Source of the DNA: Octopus vulgaris
Taxonomy: Eukaryota
NCBI GenBank assembly: GCA_951406725.2
Contig: OX597817.1
Span: 83,266,001 to 83,330,000, forward strand
Direction: 5' to 3'
Length of the DNA: 64,000 nucleotides
The translations under genes and the position numbers were made by a program. Within the stretch, counting starts at the first letter, position 1. Each line of letters opens with the position of its first letter. Shown here in pieces: positions 1-13,404 of this stretch. The notes under the pieces were generated by a model. It saw only the letters and a list, made by a program, of their open reading frames with translations. It searched no databases and was not told the DNA's origin.

Positions 1-962
1 TATGCCAAGTTCAAAACTCGAAATTCTGACCTCAAAGACGCACCTCGTTCTGGCCGTTTAGTTGAATTCGATGAAGATAGATTAAACCAACTTTTGCACG
101 AAAATTCTCATCAAACGACAAGGGAACTCGCAAAAAAATGGAATGACCCACACTGCTATAGAGAAGCAAGCATCTTCACTCGATGGGAAAGGTTCAGAAG
201 TATGGAGCATGGGTTCCGCATGCTGTAAGTGACAACAACAAAAGTCAACGAGCCACAATCTCCGCTTGTTTGCCTGCTCATCACTGCTCAATTCATGGAT
301 ACAAACAACGATTTCTTTACCGAATCGTTATTGGCGACGTAACATGGTGCCTGTACATCAATATGAAGCAGCGTAAGAAATGGCTTAGTCCCGGTAAACA
401 AGCGACACCACGCGTGAAACAAGATCTTCATCCGCATAAAACGATGCTGTGCGTATGGTGGGACTGTGGAGGGATTATCCATTACGAATTACTTGAACGG
501 AACCAAACGGTCAACGCGGAACTCTATGTTCAACAAATGGAACGACTCAAGAGAAAAGACCTAATCGGCAGCGTGAAGTTCTACTGCACGACAACACCCG
601 CCCTCATATCGCCAATATAACCTGGGAATCCATTCAAACGCATGGCTGGGACGTGCTGCCACACCCGCCATACTCTCATGATTTGGAACCAACGGATTTC
701 CACCTCTTTCGATCTCTTTCAATTGCTATGCGCGGAGCTTCATTCAATACTGATGCAGAATTGAGAGCTTGGCTGGATCAATGTTTTGTGTCGAAATCGG
801 GTGATTTCTACCAACGAGGTATTCAAAGTCTTGTTGAACGCTGGGAAGAAGTTGTAAACAACAAGTTTTAATACATTATTGATTAGTTAGCTGTTATTTT
901 TTATTAAAACTTTTAAAAATTTGAATTTTAAAAAACGATGGGAACTTATTTGTCAACTCAAT
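1..962 (+). mobile_element. Mariner (DD34D) transposon, frameshifted transposase plus 3' TIR; 5' end lies outside the window
   Basis: Motifs WVPH, IVIGDVTW, MLCVWWD..GIIHYELL, LHDN.RPH and HPPYSHDLEPTDFHLF are spread over several frames. The element ends GGAACTTATTTGTCAACTCAA-TA. Confidence 0.93.
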
Positions 963-1016
963 ATAACTTAGCGAGAAGACCACCTTATATAATCGTTAGC
1001 AAACCGGGAAAATCTT

Positions 1017-1089
<73 letters not shown>

Positions 1090-1096
<7 letters not shown>

Positions 1097-1390
1097 CATG
1101 TATATATAGTTAGATAGTTAATCCAAACAAGAAAGCACAGAAAACACAACAACGCGTGGACGTGGAACAAATATAGTATTATTGGACGCTCAGGAAGGAA
1201 GGAGGGTTTAACGTTTCGAGCGGAGCTCTTCGTCGGAAATATACGAGAAGGAAAGATCCAGAGAAGGGAAGACAAAAATCGCCAACGGTACACACGAGGC
1301 CACAAACATTTTCCAGAAGCTTTGTATTATACCCTCTGGCCGACAGATGCCTTGTGAGTAGATTTGAGACACGAAAATAGAAAGAGGCCT
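1090..1390 (-). mobile_element. Family C element (Penelope-like terminal repeat or retrozyme-like) beside a (TA)n tract
   Basis: Homologous to 43840-44290, 55490-55680 and 61360-61555 (...GAGCGTYMAATAATAC...). Carries a minimal hammerhead. Confidence 0.6.
1207..1239 (-). ncRNA. Minimal type I hammerhead ribozyme with a U4C core variant
   Basis: Minus strand reads UUU CCGACGA AGAGC-UCC-GCUC GAAAC GUU AAA. Helix III is the palindrome ACGU. Confidence 0.65.
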
Positions 1391-1580
1391 GTTGTATATA
1401 GATGTATGTGTGTTTGCTTATATATATATATATATATAGTAGGAGGTATACATATAATGAGAAAATGTGTATATTTACAAATATGTTGAGTTATACGATG
1501 AGAAAGAAAGAAGAAAGAAAAATGCCTTCTGGAATTATAATGAAATTTCAATGGGTTGATCATATCAAATTGAAAAAGAA

Positions 1581-1649
<69 letters not shown>

Positions 1650-1880
1650 GTACCATTTTCCCCCTCTTTGCTTTTTTCTCTTTCTTGATTGCTCTGCACC
1701 CTATCTTTCTCTCTTTCTCCCTTTCCACAAAAAACAAAATTTTCTCCGTTTCTAAATAAAAAAAATCAACCAAATTTACATTTCTTTTTATGAAGAATTC
1801 GATTAAACGAACGAAAGCGCTAATAAAGAATTGTCTAAAATTCTGACTGCCTCCTCCAGTCAAAATACAAAGCACTAACC

Positions 1881-1958
1881 GGAGGTGCTACGCAGTGAGA
1901 CTGAATCCCAAAGTATGTGGTTGAGAAGCAGGCTCCTAACAACAGAACCACGGATGTG

Positions 1959-1961
<3 letters not shown>
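1881..1961 (-). mobile_element. SINE family A 5' head fragment
   Basis: Diverged reverse complement of the 22502 tRNA-like head. Confidence 0.65.
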
Positions 1962-2002
<41 letters not shown>

Positions 2003-2067
2003 TTATGCATATACATAACCTGGGTCAAGTGAAAGTAAAATATTGCTGCTAAAATTTGAAAGAAAAT

Positions 2068-3144
2068 ATCGGGTCATCCAATAAGTTCTGTCCGATTTTA
2101 CCTTTTTTTAAATTGAATGAAATTTAATAGTATTTTGGTATGTCTAATGGAATTAAAATTATTTGTATGCATTTGTGTACATTTAAACTAATTAAATAAT
2201 ATTTTACAGAATAATAAAATTAAAATTTCTTTGATTTAAACTCTTTCTAACATGAAGTATCCAAAGATCATTTGAGGCACGTAATGCTTTAGGAGTACAA
2301 AAATGGGAACTCTGCAGCCAAAGCGATTCGAAACACACTCAGTTTATGGGAAAGAATGCTTGAATGAAAGAACTTGTAGAAGATTGTTTGCAAAATTCAA
2401 AAGTGGAGATTTCGGCCTTGAAGATGAAGATCGAACAGGACGTCCAGTTCTGAGACATTACTTGAAGAAAATCCTGCATTATCAGTTGAAGAACTGGCAA
2501 TAAAGCTTAGCTCAAACTATACAACTGTTCATCGTCATCTTCAACAACTTGGAAAGTTTCCAAAACTTGGTAAATGGCTGCATCATGAATTGTTCGAAAG
2601 CAACCACAAATCCCGAGTTGACATCTGCTTTTCTTTCCATTCTCGCGAACTCATTTCACCCTTTGTGGATAGACTTGTGACTAGTGACGAAAAATGCATC
2701 TTCTATTGAAATGTTAAACGTCGTAAACAGTGACTTTGTAAAAGGGAATAAGTTCAACCACAACCGAGAAGGGAACTTCATGGGAAAAAAAGGTTCTTCT
2801 CTCTATCTTGTTGGATTGCAAAGTAGTAATTCGCTTTGAATTGTTACCACCTACTGCAAAAATGAATGCTCAAGTCTACTCTCAGCAATTAGAGCTTTCG
2901 AAGCTTTGAAGAAAAAGAGACTCACTTTAGTGAATCGAAAAGGAGTGATGTTTCATCAGGACAATGCGCGACCCCACGCGCCAAAGATCACATCACAGAA
3001 GATCGAAGAGCTTGGTTGGGATAAAATTCCTCATCCATCTTATTCTCCCGACCTCGTTCCTTCAGACTACCATTTGTTTCGTAGTTTCCAGAATCATTTG
3101 GGGCACATAACTTTCGCAAGCCAGGAGGAGGGGATGACCCAATA
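2068..3144 (+). mobile_element. Mariner (DD34D) transposon, degenerate and deleted near the 3' end
   Basis: 5' TIR TATCGGGTCATCCAATAAGTTC and 3' remnant ATGACCCAATA. Motifs FAKFKSGDFGLEDEDRTGRP, VTSDEK, FHQDNARPH and HPSYSPDLVPSDYHLF. Confidence 0.92.
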
Positions 3145-3449
3145 TTTAGATTTAGAAAATATAGAAAATATTAGCATGTATTAAAACTAAAAATTTTATT
3201 ACAAGTCATTACTTTTATTTGTTATTACTTGTTACTTCTATTAAAAATAAAAATAATAACTCAATATTTTCTTTGCACTTAAAAAATTAATTCTTTTAAT
3301 TATTAATTATTAGAAATTTGAAAATAGGTTATAAAAAATAACATTAACACATAATTAGTTAGTATAGTAACTAGAATAATTCAAACATTATTTATATATT
3401 ACAGTAAAATCTACCTATAACAACAAATTCACAGTAAAATTTGCTCGAG

Positions 3450-4463
3450 TTATTGCCAAGTCTTCACATTTTTAGTCTTGACCCAATGCCTATTTTTTAC
3501 ATAATGAATTTGCCTACCATATATAGTATTCTACTTTGCCTAAAACTTTACCTATATTGGTACTTCTGGCTCTCATTTTTTAAATATTTTAGCGTGTCAA
3601 TATTTTAACAAAATGATGGTACGATTTTTAATTATAATATTACTTTGTAAATTAAAATCAAATAATTTTTAATATTCAGATTTTATCCTTTGCTGCAATA
3701 TTTTAAGTAAAAATTTTCTTTTTCTGTACTTTATCAGATGTAATAACTTGTCCTGAACTTTTCTAGATTTATAATCTTAAGAATATTATTTCTCTTACTC
3801 GCATTTTTCGATGTAATCCATGTCTTTTTCCAGGCCATGCCGTTGTGCTAATTAATAATGTGTCAAATGTGTCAATTAGCGATGTCGTGGATAACGTTAT
3901 CTTTACCTCAATGATGCCAGTGACATATATTAAAAATGCCCTAGAACTATATTAATAAAAAAGTATAGAACGATATCATCACCTTCAAATTTGAGAAACA
4001 AACACTAATAACTCTTTTCTGTTAAAACGTCATTGTATGAAATTGATACCATGAAATTCCTCGAATTGAGCTTTATCATTTAAGCTTAATTAGAATATAG
4101 TTTGTTTTTAAAATAAAAAAAAGTTAATCATAGCTAAATCCAATTTTTTGCCTTACATTATTCTAATGATATTTTACCTTACCAGGATTTTTGATAAAAA
4201 TTTTTGTTGCATGGGACCAAAACTACGAAAATCGTCATGCTTTCTTCTATCATTGAGGCTAAGATAAATATATTATGTGTTTAAAATAATAAGGTTATTT
4301 AGATCTAAACTTAATTGGTGGCGTTACTTACTCTCCTATAACGTTGCTACAAATTTTGATGTAAACTTTTTTCTACTCGACCAGATCTCAATTTGTCCGC
4401 CAAAATTTAGCTAGGACCAGTCCTCTTCACGAATATTAATGGTTTTCCAATTGGTTAAGATCT
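3450..4463 (-). pseudogene. Possible decayed multi-exon gene with very short introns; product unidentified
   Basis: AG/GT-bounded, less AT-rich blocks on the minus strand at 4332-4463, 4183-4258, 3907-3940, 3799-3847, ~3690-3762, 3552-~3625 and 3450-3489. Donors include GTAAGT, GTAAGG and GTAAGA. In-frame stops are present. Confidence 0.3.
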
Positions 4464-6711
4464 CTGAAAGATGCTGCATGTGAGTAAATTGCGGCCTTAA
4501 GAATATTATTCAACTACTACCGTAGTTAAATCACACAAACACACATATTATATCTCAGTGTATAACACAAATGGCCAAGTTTTGTAGTAGAGGACTTGTA
4601 AAGAATTTCCTGGTTACTTATGTTATTGATGGTAGTCATTTCATTAATTCCATAGGAATGAATGACAATCTTGATACTACATGGTGCATTTCAGAAGTTC
4701 TGAGACATGTTCAGAGAGACGTATTAATTTCAAAGAATTGTCAAACTCTAATCTCATTCAAAGTAGAATTGTCTTACTTTAATGCCCTTGTATTGCTACA
4801 GCAACTTCGTGAAAGCCCGAAGGAAGTCCTCCAAATAGAAGGTAACCAGGACCCTTATCACAGCCTGCTTTATACTCATTTTTAGTTTGGGGAACAATAA
4901 AAGGCCAGAGGGTGCAAGATCTGGACTTTGGGGATTGTGAGTGAGTTTTGATGCTCATCTGTGTCTAGTAGTGGGTTGCCAAGATGCAATTGTAGAACGG
5001 TGTAGTTTCCAAGTGCAGGCGCCACCGAGTGGAAGAGTCTGACTTTTGCAACGGGGTCTCCACCTGAAGTCATTCCAAACCACCACAAAGTACTCTTAGT
5101 TAACCGTCTGGTCAGAGAGTAGTTAATGGATATAGATTATGCCCCTGCTGTCGTAAAAGGAGATCATCATGAGCTTCCCGACGGACTTGCTTTGTTTGAC
5201 TTCTTGTGCTGGCTAAAAACATGCTCTGTTCATACGAGTTAAAAACACTGAACAGCTTGAAGTATTTCTTAAGTTTCTGTAGCGTTTTTGCACAGTTCAA
5301 TACAAAACTTTATTGCATGGCGAACATCTAAATTGTCTTCACATCCCGAATCCATCCTGAATACTATTCAGCTGTGGCAATCAGTGCTTTGCAGGGCATA
5401 TTCAAAGTACTGTTAGAGCCATGTCCTTCAAAGGGGAATAACAAGAGTTGATACATCAGCTTACTAGCACAATAATGATATACTAAAATCACAATAATCT
5501 AGAACAATTATAACTCTAACTGCTATAAAATATTCAAAACTTCTGGAATGCTCATCGCAAATATCGCTAGTCGGAGTATCTTATCGTTTCGCATTTGATG
5601 AATTTGTTAGTGACACATACGAAGAAAACCAATTACGATGTTTTAATTAGCAATGATGATTTCTTGTTCCTCTTCATTAAGAAAAAGTTTAAATTAATAT
5701 ATATCCAGTTACTAACTGAAATAACATGGATGTAAAATAACATTTACATAATGCGTTCTATATTTGCTAATATTACAAAATGAAATCATTCAAAACTGAT
5801 TTAAGGAAATATTAATTATGTTTTTATCTGGTTTAACTTCAAGAAAATGCAAATTACATGCTAGTATGGCTATGTGATTTTTTGTGTGTTTTTACTATTT
5901 TTAAATGAATAATGATGGCCTGTCAAACTAATCCTCCACGTCGATTTCCCTAACCATATTTCATTCGTTAATAACTCAGGACAAATACCAATCTAAGGTT
6001 AATGATTTTCTTAACGTTCTTTTTTCAAACTCATTTTAACATTAGGATAATAAATTTGGTGGAAAGATGTCATGAAAACAGGCTACACCATTGGCATGTA
6101 TTTCCCATATCATTTAGATTGCTTAGTGAGAGGCGTTAGAACATTTAAGTTAATGTTACTTGGGGCTAACTAATATGTAGTCATGCTATTAGGTCAGTAG
6201 ATTTAGTATGTGGTGTGTTAGTAAAGTACCTCTATACATTAAATGTATGTCATCAACATTTTCACGCTCTGCTACTGTAAGATACTGATATCAGGCAGTT
6301 ATAGTACACAATGCACTCACGACTTTCTATCACATTTGCTGATATATTATACGTATATAAAGAGAATTTATTTCTGATTACATCTGTTATCAACAATATG
6401 AATTTAGTTCTTATATTCCAAGATAATTGTGTAATGATGTGGAAATGTTTTAAAACTAAATCATATATTGCAATTATATAACATCTTTAATTCAGTGATA
6501 ATTAAAGAAATGCAGTAGTATAAAAACAGCTTACGAAAGCTGAACTGCCGTATGACTAATCTAACATAAATATATTTATACATGGTGCAGGAAGAAAAAA
6601 AGCATCAAACTGACCCTTATTGGTAAACGTTTCAACAAGAAATGCAAGGAATACACTAGCCCAAACATAATGGCATCGAAAAAACAACGCTACAATAATA
6701 GCTACACCAAC

Positions 6712-6922
6712 AGCGGTGAGCTGGTAGGATCGTTAGCATGCCGGGCAAAATGCTTAGCGTTATTTAGTTCTTTGCGTTCTGAATTCAAATTCCGCCGAGC
6801 TCAATTTAGCCTTTCATCCTTTTGAGTTCGATAAAATAAGCACCAGTTGGACACTGAGGTCGGTACAATCGACTTATACCCCCTCTGAAATTGCCGGCCA
6901 TGAGCTCAAATTTGAAACCAAC
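6712..6922 (+). mobile_element. SINE family B (tRNA head plus Nin/Deu-like domain)
   Basis: GCGGTGAGCTGG..ATCGTTAGC head, TTCAAATTC B-box-like motif, GCCTTTCATCCTTT..TCGATAAAATAAG, and tail AAATTTGAAACCAA. Confidence 0.85.
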
Positions 6923-7281
6923 ATTAGCTGCATCAAGACACCATTAGAACCTGCTTAACTTTCCTATCACTGCACAAAAGACCGTGAAACATTTGGGAGG
7001 TCTCTCTGTCACACCTGTAGTAAATGAAAAACGTAGTTGTGTGTAACGCAGTTGAATGTAAATATAGGAAATTGCAATGGAAATTTAATATCTAATTAAC
7101 TTTTGTTTATCATAGAAATAAGAGGTAAATAACATTCATATGTTGAAGAAAAAAGTTCGGAAATAAAATAAGTTATCGTTATTATCATGGGAGGCTAATA
7201 TTTGCATTTTATTATAGTAAAGACTGGGTAACTTGGAAAATAACAGTAAAATTATTAACAAAATATATTCAGTAAACTCTT

Positions 7282-7342
7282 ATTGATTAAACTAATTAAA
7301 CTATTGATTAAACTAATTAAACTATTGATTAAACTAATTAAA
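7282..7342 (+). repeat. 21-bp tandem repeat, about 3 copies (ATTGATTAAACTAATTAAACT)
   Basis: Read directly from the sequence. Confidence 0.9.
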
Positions 7343-7461
7343 ATTTATTCCTCTTGGTAGATTTGAAAATATTGGATTGATTTAGATTATTCTACTGAGT
7401 AGAATAAATTTTCATTCTTTATTTAAAACGAAAGCCTGGTTAGTAGAAGCACTTAATATTA

Positions 7462-7659
7462 GTTTCAGATTTTGGCATAAGGCCAGAAATTTCGTGGGAG
7501 GGAATAATTCGATTACATCGACCCCGTTATTCAACTGATACTTATTTTATCGACGCCGAAAGGATAAAAACCAAAGTCGACCTCGGCAGAGTTTTAATTC
7601 AGAGCATAAAGATAGGCGAAATTCCGCTAAGCATTTTGCCCGGCGTGCTAGCAATTCTG
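7462..7659 (-). mobile_element. SINE family B
   Basis: Reverse complement matches 6712-6922. Confidence 0.85.
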
Positions 7660-7781
7660 TCAAATGAAAACACTGAATATTAAGGTCAATAATAGTGTCG
7701 CAGCATTTTGGCATTTAATTGGAATTCTAATAACTATTTTAAATGCTTTTGAGAACCAAGCCTGGTATGCACAAAGTATGA

Positions 7782-7821
<40 letters not shown>

Positions 7822-9609
7822 AAGGTATACGATCCAGTGCCCTAAAAACTCTTCTAGCTTTTCACTATATTCGAATATAGTTTTTGGTATATTCTTATAT
7901 AAGGGATGACGATGTTCCAAGGAATGAGAATGGCGATGGAGATGTAAAAGATTAAGGAAAATAAATTAACAAGATTTTTCACCCAAAAAATCGTTTGCAG
8001 AATTCTCTGTAGGATCACATGATTCAATAACCACTTCTATAGGAACACATGCGTATTCAATTAAAGTCATTTACTAGCTGTTAAGGTTTCATGTTTGTAA
8101 AAAGATTTCTGGAAATAATGAAAATAGGAGGAAGACAGATTCAAGCGTATTAATTAAGAATGTATTTCATGTAATGTAACACATTCCATATAGCTAATTA
8201 CATTCGTCATTTGATATGAGAGTGAATGTGTTCTCATTGTAGCTGAAAAAGAGTACTTCACAGCTTTATCATTAAAAAATTATGAATATCATTTCATTTA
8301 AGGTTATCGTTAAAATACAAGGCAGAATAAAGCATTAGGCGGTTAATTGAAGAGTGTTATGAAGATAAAGCTTCAACAGGTATTTCATTATATTACGGAT
8401 TAGAATAATGAATACTAAATAGTCTCAAAAAGAGACAGCAAAATAAAATTAATTTCTATCATTGGCTGAAGGTCGACATTTTGCGGATCAACTCGACACT
8501 ATTACTTGAATCGAAACATTCTAGCCACAGAGAATCAAAAGAAGATATTGTTTAATGTGTTCTTCCGTCTTTTTAGAGTACCTTTTAGAAAATTTGTCCA
8601 GTATTTCTAACAGTCCCAGGGATTAGATAGACTGTCTCTCATTGGACCAATTTAGTGATATATATGAATGATTCATATTAAACTTCCTCAGTGTATCATG
8701 GAGCAATTTACTCTTACTTACCATTGAACTACGAAGGGTTTCATTTAGACTAGTCTAAATTCTTATTTTCGTAAACATTAAAAACACATTGTTCTCATTC
8801 TCTGAATGCATTGCCGTTCTGATTTATCGGATTTTACTGCCAATAATTCAACTAAAAGTTTTAAAAATAAATCGATCTTATGAAAAATTAAAAATTAAAA
8901 GTGACATTTATATTTCCGTTTTTGATGCATATGGGCTTAATGCAATGTCCACTGATGAAATCCAACGTTCATATAGAAAAAAAATATTAGTCCACATTTC
9001 AATTTTGATATCAGAGAAACCGTTTGCCTTAGTGTTAAGTTACCGACTTTACACTGATTGGTCAAAATAAGAAGTATATTTTGAAGATGCCATTTCTTTC
9101 TTTGAATATATAAAAACAGAATCCATCCTGTTTCTAAGAGGACATTCGGGAAAAGTTAGTTGAGATTATAAGTGAGAAATCAAAGGTTATCGATTCATTG
9201 ATTTATTGGAAGATGTACTTTATAAAAGCTAAATAATCATAGATATTCATTGAATGGACAATTCTTGCTTTTAAAGTGCCACCATGTCAACAAGGGAAAT
9301 CTTAAGGCTGAACTTCCTCACAATAGTTCTCTGAAATCAACATTCCTTATTAACTCCAGTAAGTTCTAAATTGCAGCAAACTATCATTTATATTTCGTTA
9401 TTCTAAATATCTTCATCAATATTAAATATTCTAGCTGATCATATTTGGTTTCCTTTCTTCATTTTATCTTTCAAAGTATTTTGTATGGAAGGTTTCTAAT
9501 AAAGTAGATGATAATCATGCAAAATCTGATTTTTTCCCCCTACGCAACATCTAGTGGATTATCGGCATTCTATTAGCAACTTACAATACTACTACCCAGC
9601 AACACACGT

Positions 9610-10045
<436 letters not shown>

Positions 10046-10047
10046 CT

Positions 10048-10285
10048 GAAAGCACAAGGCCTCACATTTGGGGGAAGGGATTAAGACGATTACATCAAGC
10101 CCAGCGCGTAACAGGTACATATTCAAAGTCGGCCTCGGCGGAATTTGAACTCAGAAATTCCCCCGAGGACGGCTTTGCTTTTCATCCTTTCGGGGCCGAT
10201 AAATTAAGTTCTTGTCAGATACTGCAGTCGATGTAATCGATTGCCCCCTCCCTACTAAATTCCAGCCTTGTGCTTGTAACAAAGG
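10048..10285. mobile_element. Two SINE family B 3' fragments in opposite orientation
   Basis: About 10050-10160 is on the minus strand (GCACAAGGCC...GTCGGCCTCGGCGGAATTTGAACTCAGA). About 10155-10285 is on the plus strand (CTTTCATCCTTTCGGGG...CCTTGTGC). Confidence 0.75.
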
Positions 10286-10297
10286 ATTATTATTATC

Positions 10298-10329
<32 letters not shown>

Positions 10330-10349
10330 TATTATTATTAATATTATCA

Positions 10350-10389
<40 letters not shown>

Positions 10390-11525
10390 CATCATCACCA
10401 TCACCATCACCATCCTCCTCCTCCTCATCATCATCATTATTAATGCAACACAATTCCAAGTTTTAATTCCCACTGGGCTATTCGTTTTGATGTTGCCTTT
10501 CAACCATCAAATCTGTGAAAGATGAGGAGATAAAATTGAAAATATGCAATCATTTGGATACGTGAAGGTTATTCATGTCAATTCAATTATCTATGCTTCC
10601 TGCTCTTACAAAACCTATCTTTGTTCTTATTCCAAAGAAACAATCGTTGTTTTATTTCAACTTCTTATTTTTAAACAAAATGAAGCGCATTGTGTAATAT
10701 CGAAATTGAAATCTTTACCAATATTTACTTTATGTAAGCTATGGCTTTTATTATCGAACTATGAGCTAATCTTCAGGCATCCTACGAAGCCCATGTGCAT
10801 AACAGGAAAAACAATTGTCATGGAAATAATGCTTAACTTAGCTCATCACAGCGAGTTATTTTTAAAAGTTGCGTTTGAATTCTTGGTTGTAGAATTTCTG
10901 ATGAATTAAAGTGGCAAAGCATTTAAAGAAAGAAGAGAGAAAGCGAAACAAAGGTTGACACGTTTGTTATTGCAGCATACTTGATTTTAGTTTTTTTTAT
11001 GCATATCCACACCGAAAAATGTGAAAATCAAAAGGAATTATGCAAACAATAAACATCATACCGGTTAATGAAAAATATGCATAACTAAGAATTTTACAAT
11101 ATAAAACATTTGAATACATTCTCTTTGTCTGAGAATTTCAGACTTAATAACCTAAGTCTCTGAAAGAGAATTATCACTATATTATATTTACTGCAGATAA
11201 TATTAAGAATGATAATATCTGGATATTCAATCATTATCGAATTTTTCTGCACTGAGGCAGTTCTGCTTTTCGCGCAAAACAAATCAGAACGCCACCAGAG
11301 TTCAACATGACGTGTTTTGAATTTTTCCCCTCGGTAAATCGTGCTGAAGAGGGTTGAGGCCCTCAAGGTCAAAATTTGAAACTATGGTATACGAATAGCA
11401 GTATGGCACTATCTTTAATGGTATTTAATGTCGTTGTTCAATGCCATATTATCAGTGCTATCGGGGGTTTGTGGGCGTTTTGACTCCTAATTCGAAACAG
11501 GTTAGATGCCCCGTGCGACCTTATG

Positions 11526-11566
<41 letters not shown>

Positions 11567-11610
11567 CAATGATAAATCTCAGAGCGAGTTATAAACAGTA
11601 GTGGTAACAC

Positions 11611-11733
11611 ATCGTGACGCATATTTGCCATTTGAATATGGCTAACCCCTAAGGGTGGATGCTACTGGGGCTACAAACTACAGTAGCATCCACCCTTAGG
11701 GGTTAGCCATATTCAAATGGCAAATATGCGTCA

Positions 11734-11737
<4 letters not shown>
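11611..11737. repeat. Perfect 57-bp inverted repeat with a 13-nt loop, between (TA)n tracts
   Basis: 11611-11667 is the exact reverse complement of 11681-11737. Confidence 0.95.
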
Positions 11738-11816
<79 letters not shown>

Positions 11817-12146
11817 CGTATGTTTGTACATGTATAGATTTTAGGACGTGTGTGTTGTATTAAGCAGGAAAGAGAATGTATAAACAATGCTAATGATGCT
11901 GACATCAATACTGATGACAGTCAATATAATATATGACTCGTATTTAATATACGATAACTTTCCAGTCCACACTATTCCGGATATTTTAAAAGCCTCCATA
12001 ATCGCAATTGCAAATTACAACTCACTTTGTTCTTCTCATTGGGATTTGGAAATTTAATAATATTGGATAAAGTGTTCGTGTTAACTTTCTTTATTAATTT
12101 AAAAAATCATCAATGTATATATGTATGTATGTATGTATGTATATAT

Positions 12147-13302
12147 ACACCTAGCATCATAGCATCATAATTTTGAAATATCTATAAAACTGTCAAAAGC
12201 TTGTTTATTATTTTTCTTTTTTATTTATTATTAGTGTTGCGTAATATGTTTTGCTAAAATTGCTCTTTCTTTTTCGATATCATCAGAAAAAGGTAATGAA
12301 TTTCATTAAAATGACACTTCTATCGGACGTTTAGAGTAATGAAAACAGCTGAAATAGTTGGTGTATCAAGAAGTACTGTCTCGAAAGTAATGACAGTCTT
12401 TGAGAAAGTGGTAGAAACCTCCTCCTTGAAACAACACTCCGAAAGAAAACCAAAACTTTCAAATGGTGTCCGTGAGATTCTTAGGCGAATTGTTAGAAAG
12501 TATCGCAAAATTATAGCTCCCAAAATTACAGCAGAGCTTAATGACCATCTCGAAGACCCCCTTTCCACAAAGTTTCCACATAAAACTGCACAAAGCCAGA
12601 TTTCACAGGAGGCTGCAATCAGAAAATAACTACTTTCAAAAACTAACGTCGCAAAGCGTTTAGAGTGGAGTAAAAACCTACATAATTGTTCCCTGGAGCA
12701 GTGAAAGAAGGTTATTTTCTCGGACGAGTCATCCTTTACCTTATTTCCGACCACCGGCCGAGTACACAGCCAGAAGAAGCATTTGACCCAGACAGCCTTC
12801 TTCCAATCGTTAAACATGGAGGAGGATCAGTGTTGATCGGGGGGGGGGCTATATCGTGCAAATACAGCCCAATGGTTTCCCTTCATTGCAGAATTAATAG
12901 TCACGACTAAGCAATTTATTTGATCGAATTCATCTTATGGTTGCGGAACTTTTTCCGGGGGGGGGGAGCCATGTTTCATGAAGATAAGCACCAATTCACG
13001 CATCTAAAGTTGTTACTCAATGGCAGGAGGAACATTATAGTGAAGTTGAACATCATATCTGACCACCACAATTCCCAGATCTCAATATTATTAAACATTT
13101 ATGGTGCATTTTAAAAAAACAAGTAAAGAGTCGATATTCTTCGTGATCATCACTACAAGAACTGGAGAGTATTTTAGGTGAAGAATAGACAAAAATACCT
13201 TCATAGAAGTCAAGCTGTAATTACTGCCAAAGGCAGTCCTGACCCATGCTAAAATAAATTTGTTTGAAATGTTAAGGTGTTCCCATTATTCTGTGCACCC
13301 CT
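12147..13302 (+). mobile_element. Tc1-like transposon, degenerate, with most of the 5' TIR lost
   Basis: TAEIVGVSRSTVSKV HTH, FSDES and VKHGGGSV motifs. The 3' TIR AGGTGTTCCCATTATTCTGTGCACCCCTG-TA matches the 5' TIR at 53139. Confidence 0.9.
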
Positions 13303-13404
13303 GTATATATATATACATACATACATATATATATGTATATATGTATGCATGTATGTATGTATGTATGTATGTATGTATGCATGTATGTATATGTATATAT
13401 ATAT

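Noticed and set aside
4570-5450. Higher-GC block, possibly a retroelement 5' region with an HDV-like ribozyme near 5140
   Set aside because: I could not build the nested pseudoknot or find a recognisable ORF, so it is left unclassified.
6085-6125. NDMGNTC on the minus strand as a USP Cys-box
   Set aside because: The surrounding consensus (GLxN...YMNS) is missing and a stop follows within a few codons.
11391-11463. Hairpin with CUGAUAA on the minus strand resembling a hammerhead
   Set aside because: No GAAA or GUH half, and the core is non-canonical.
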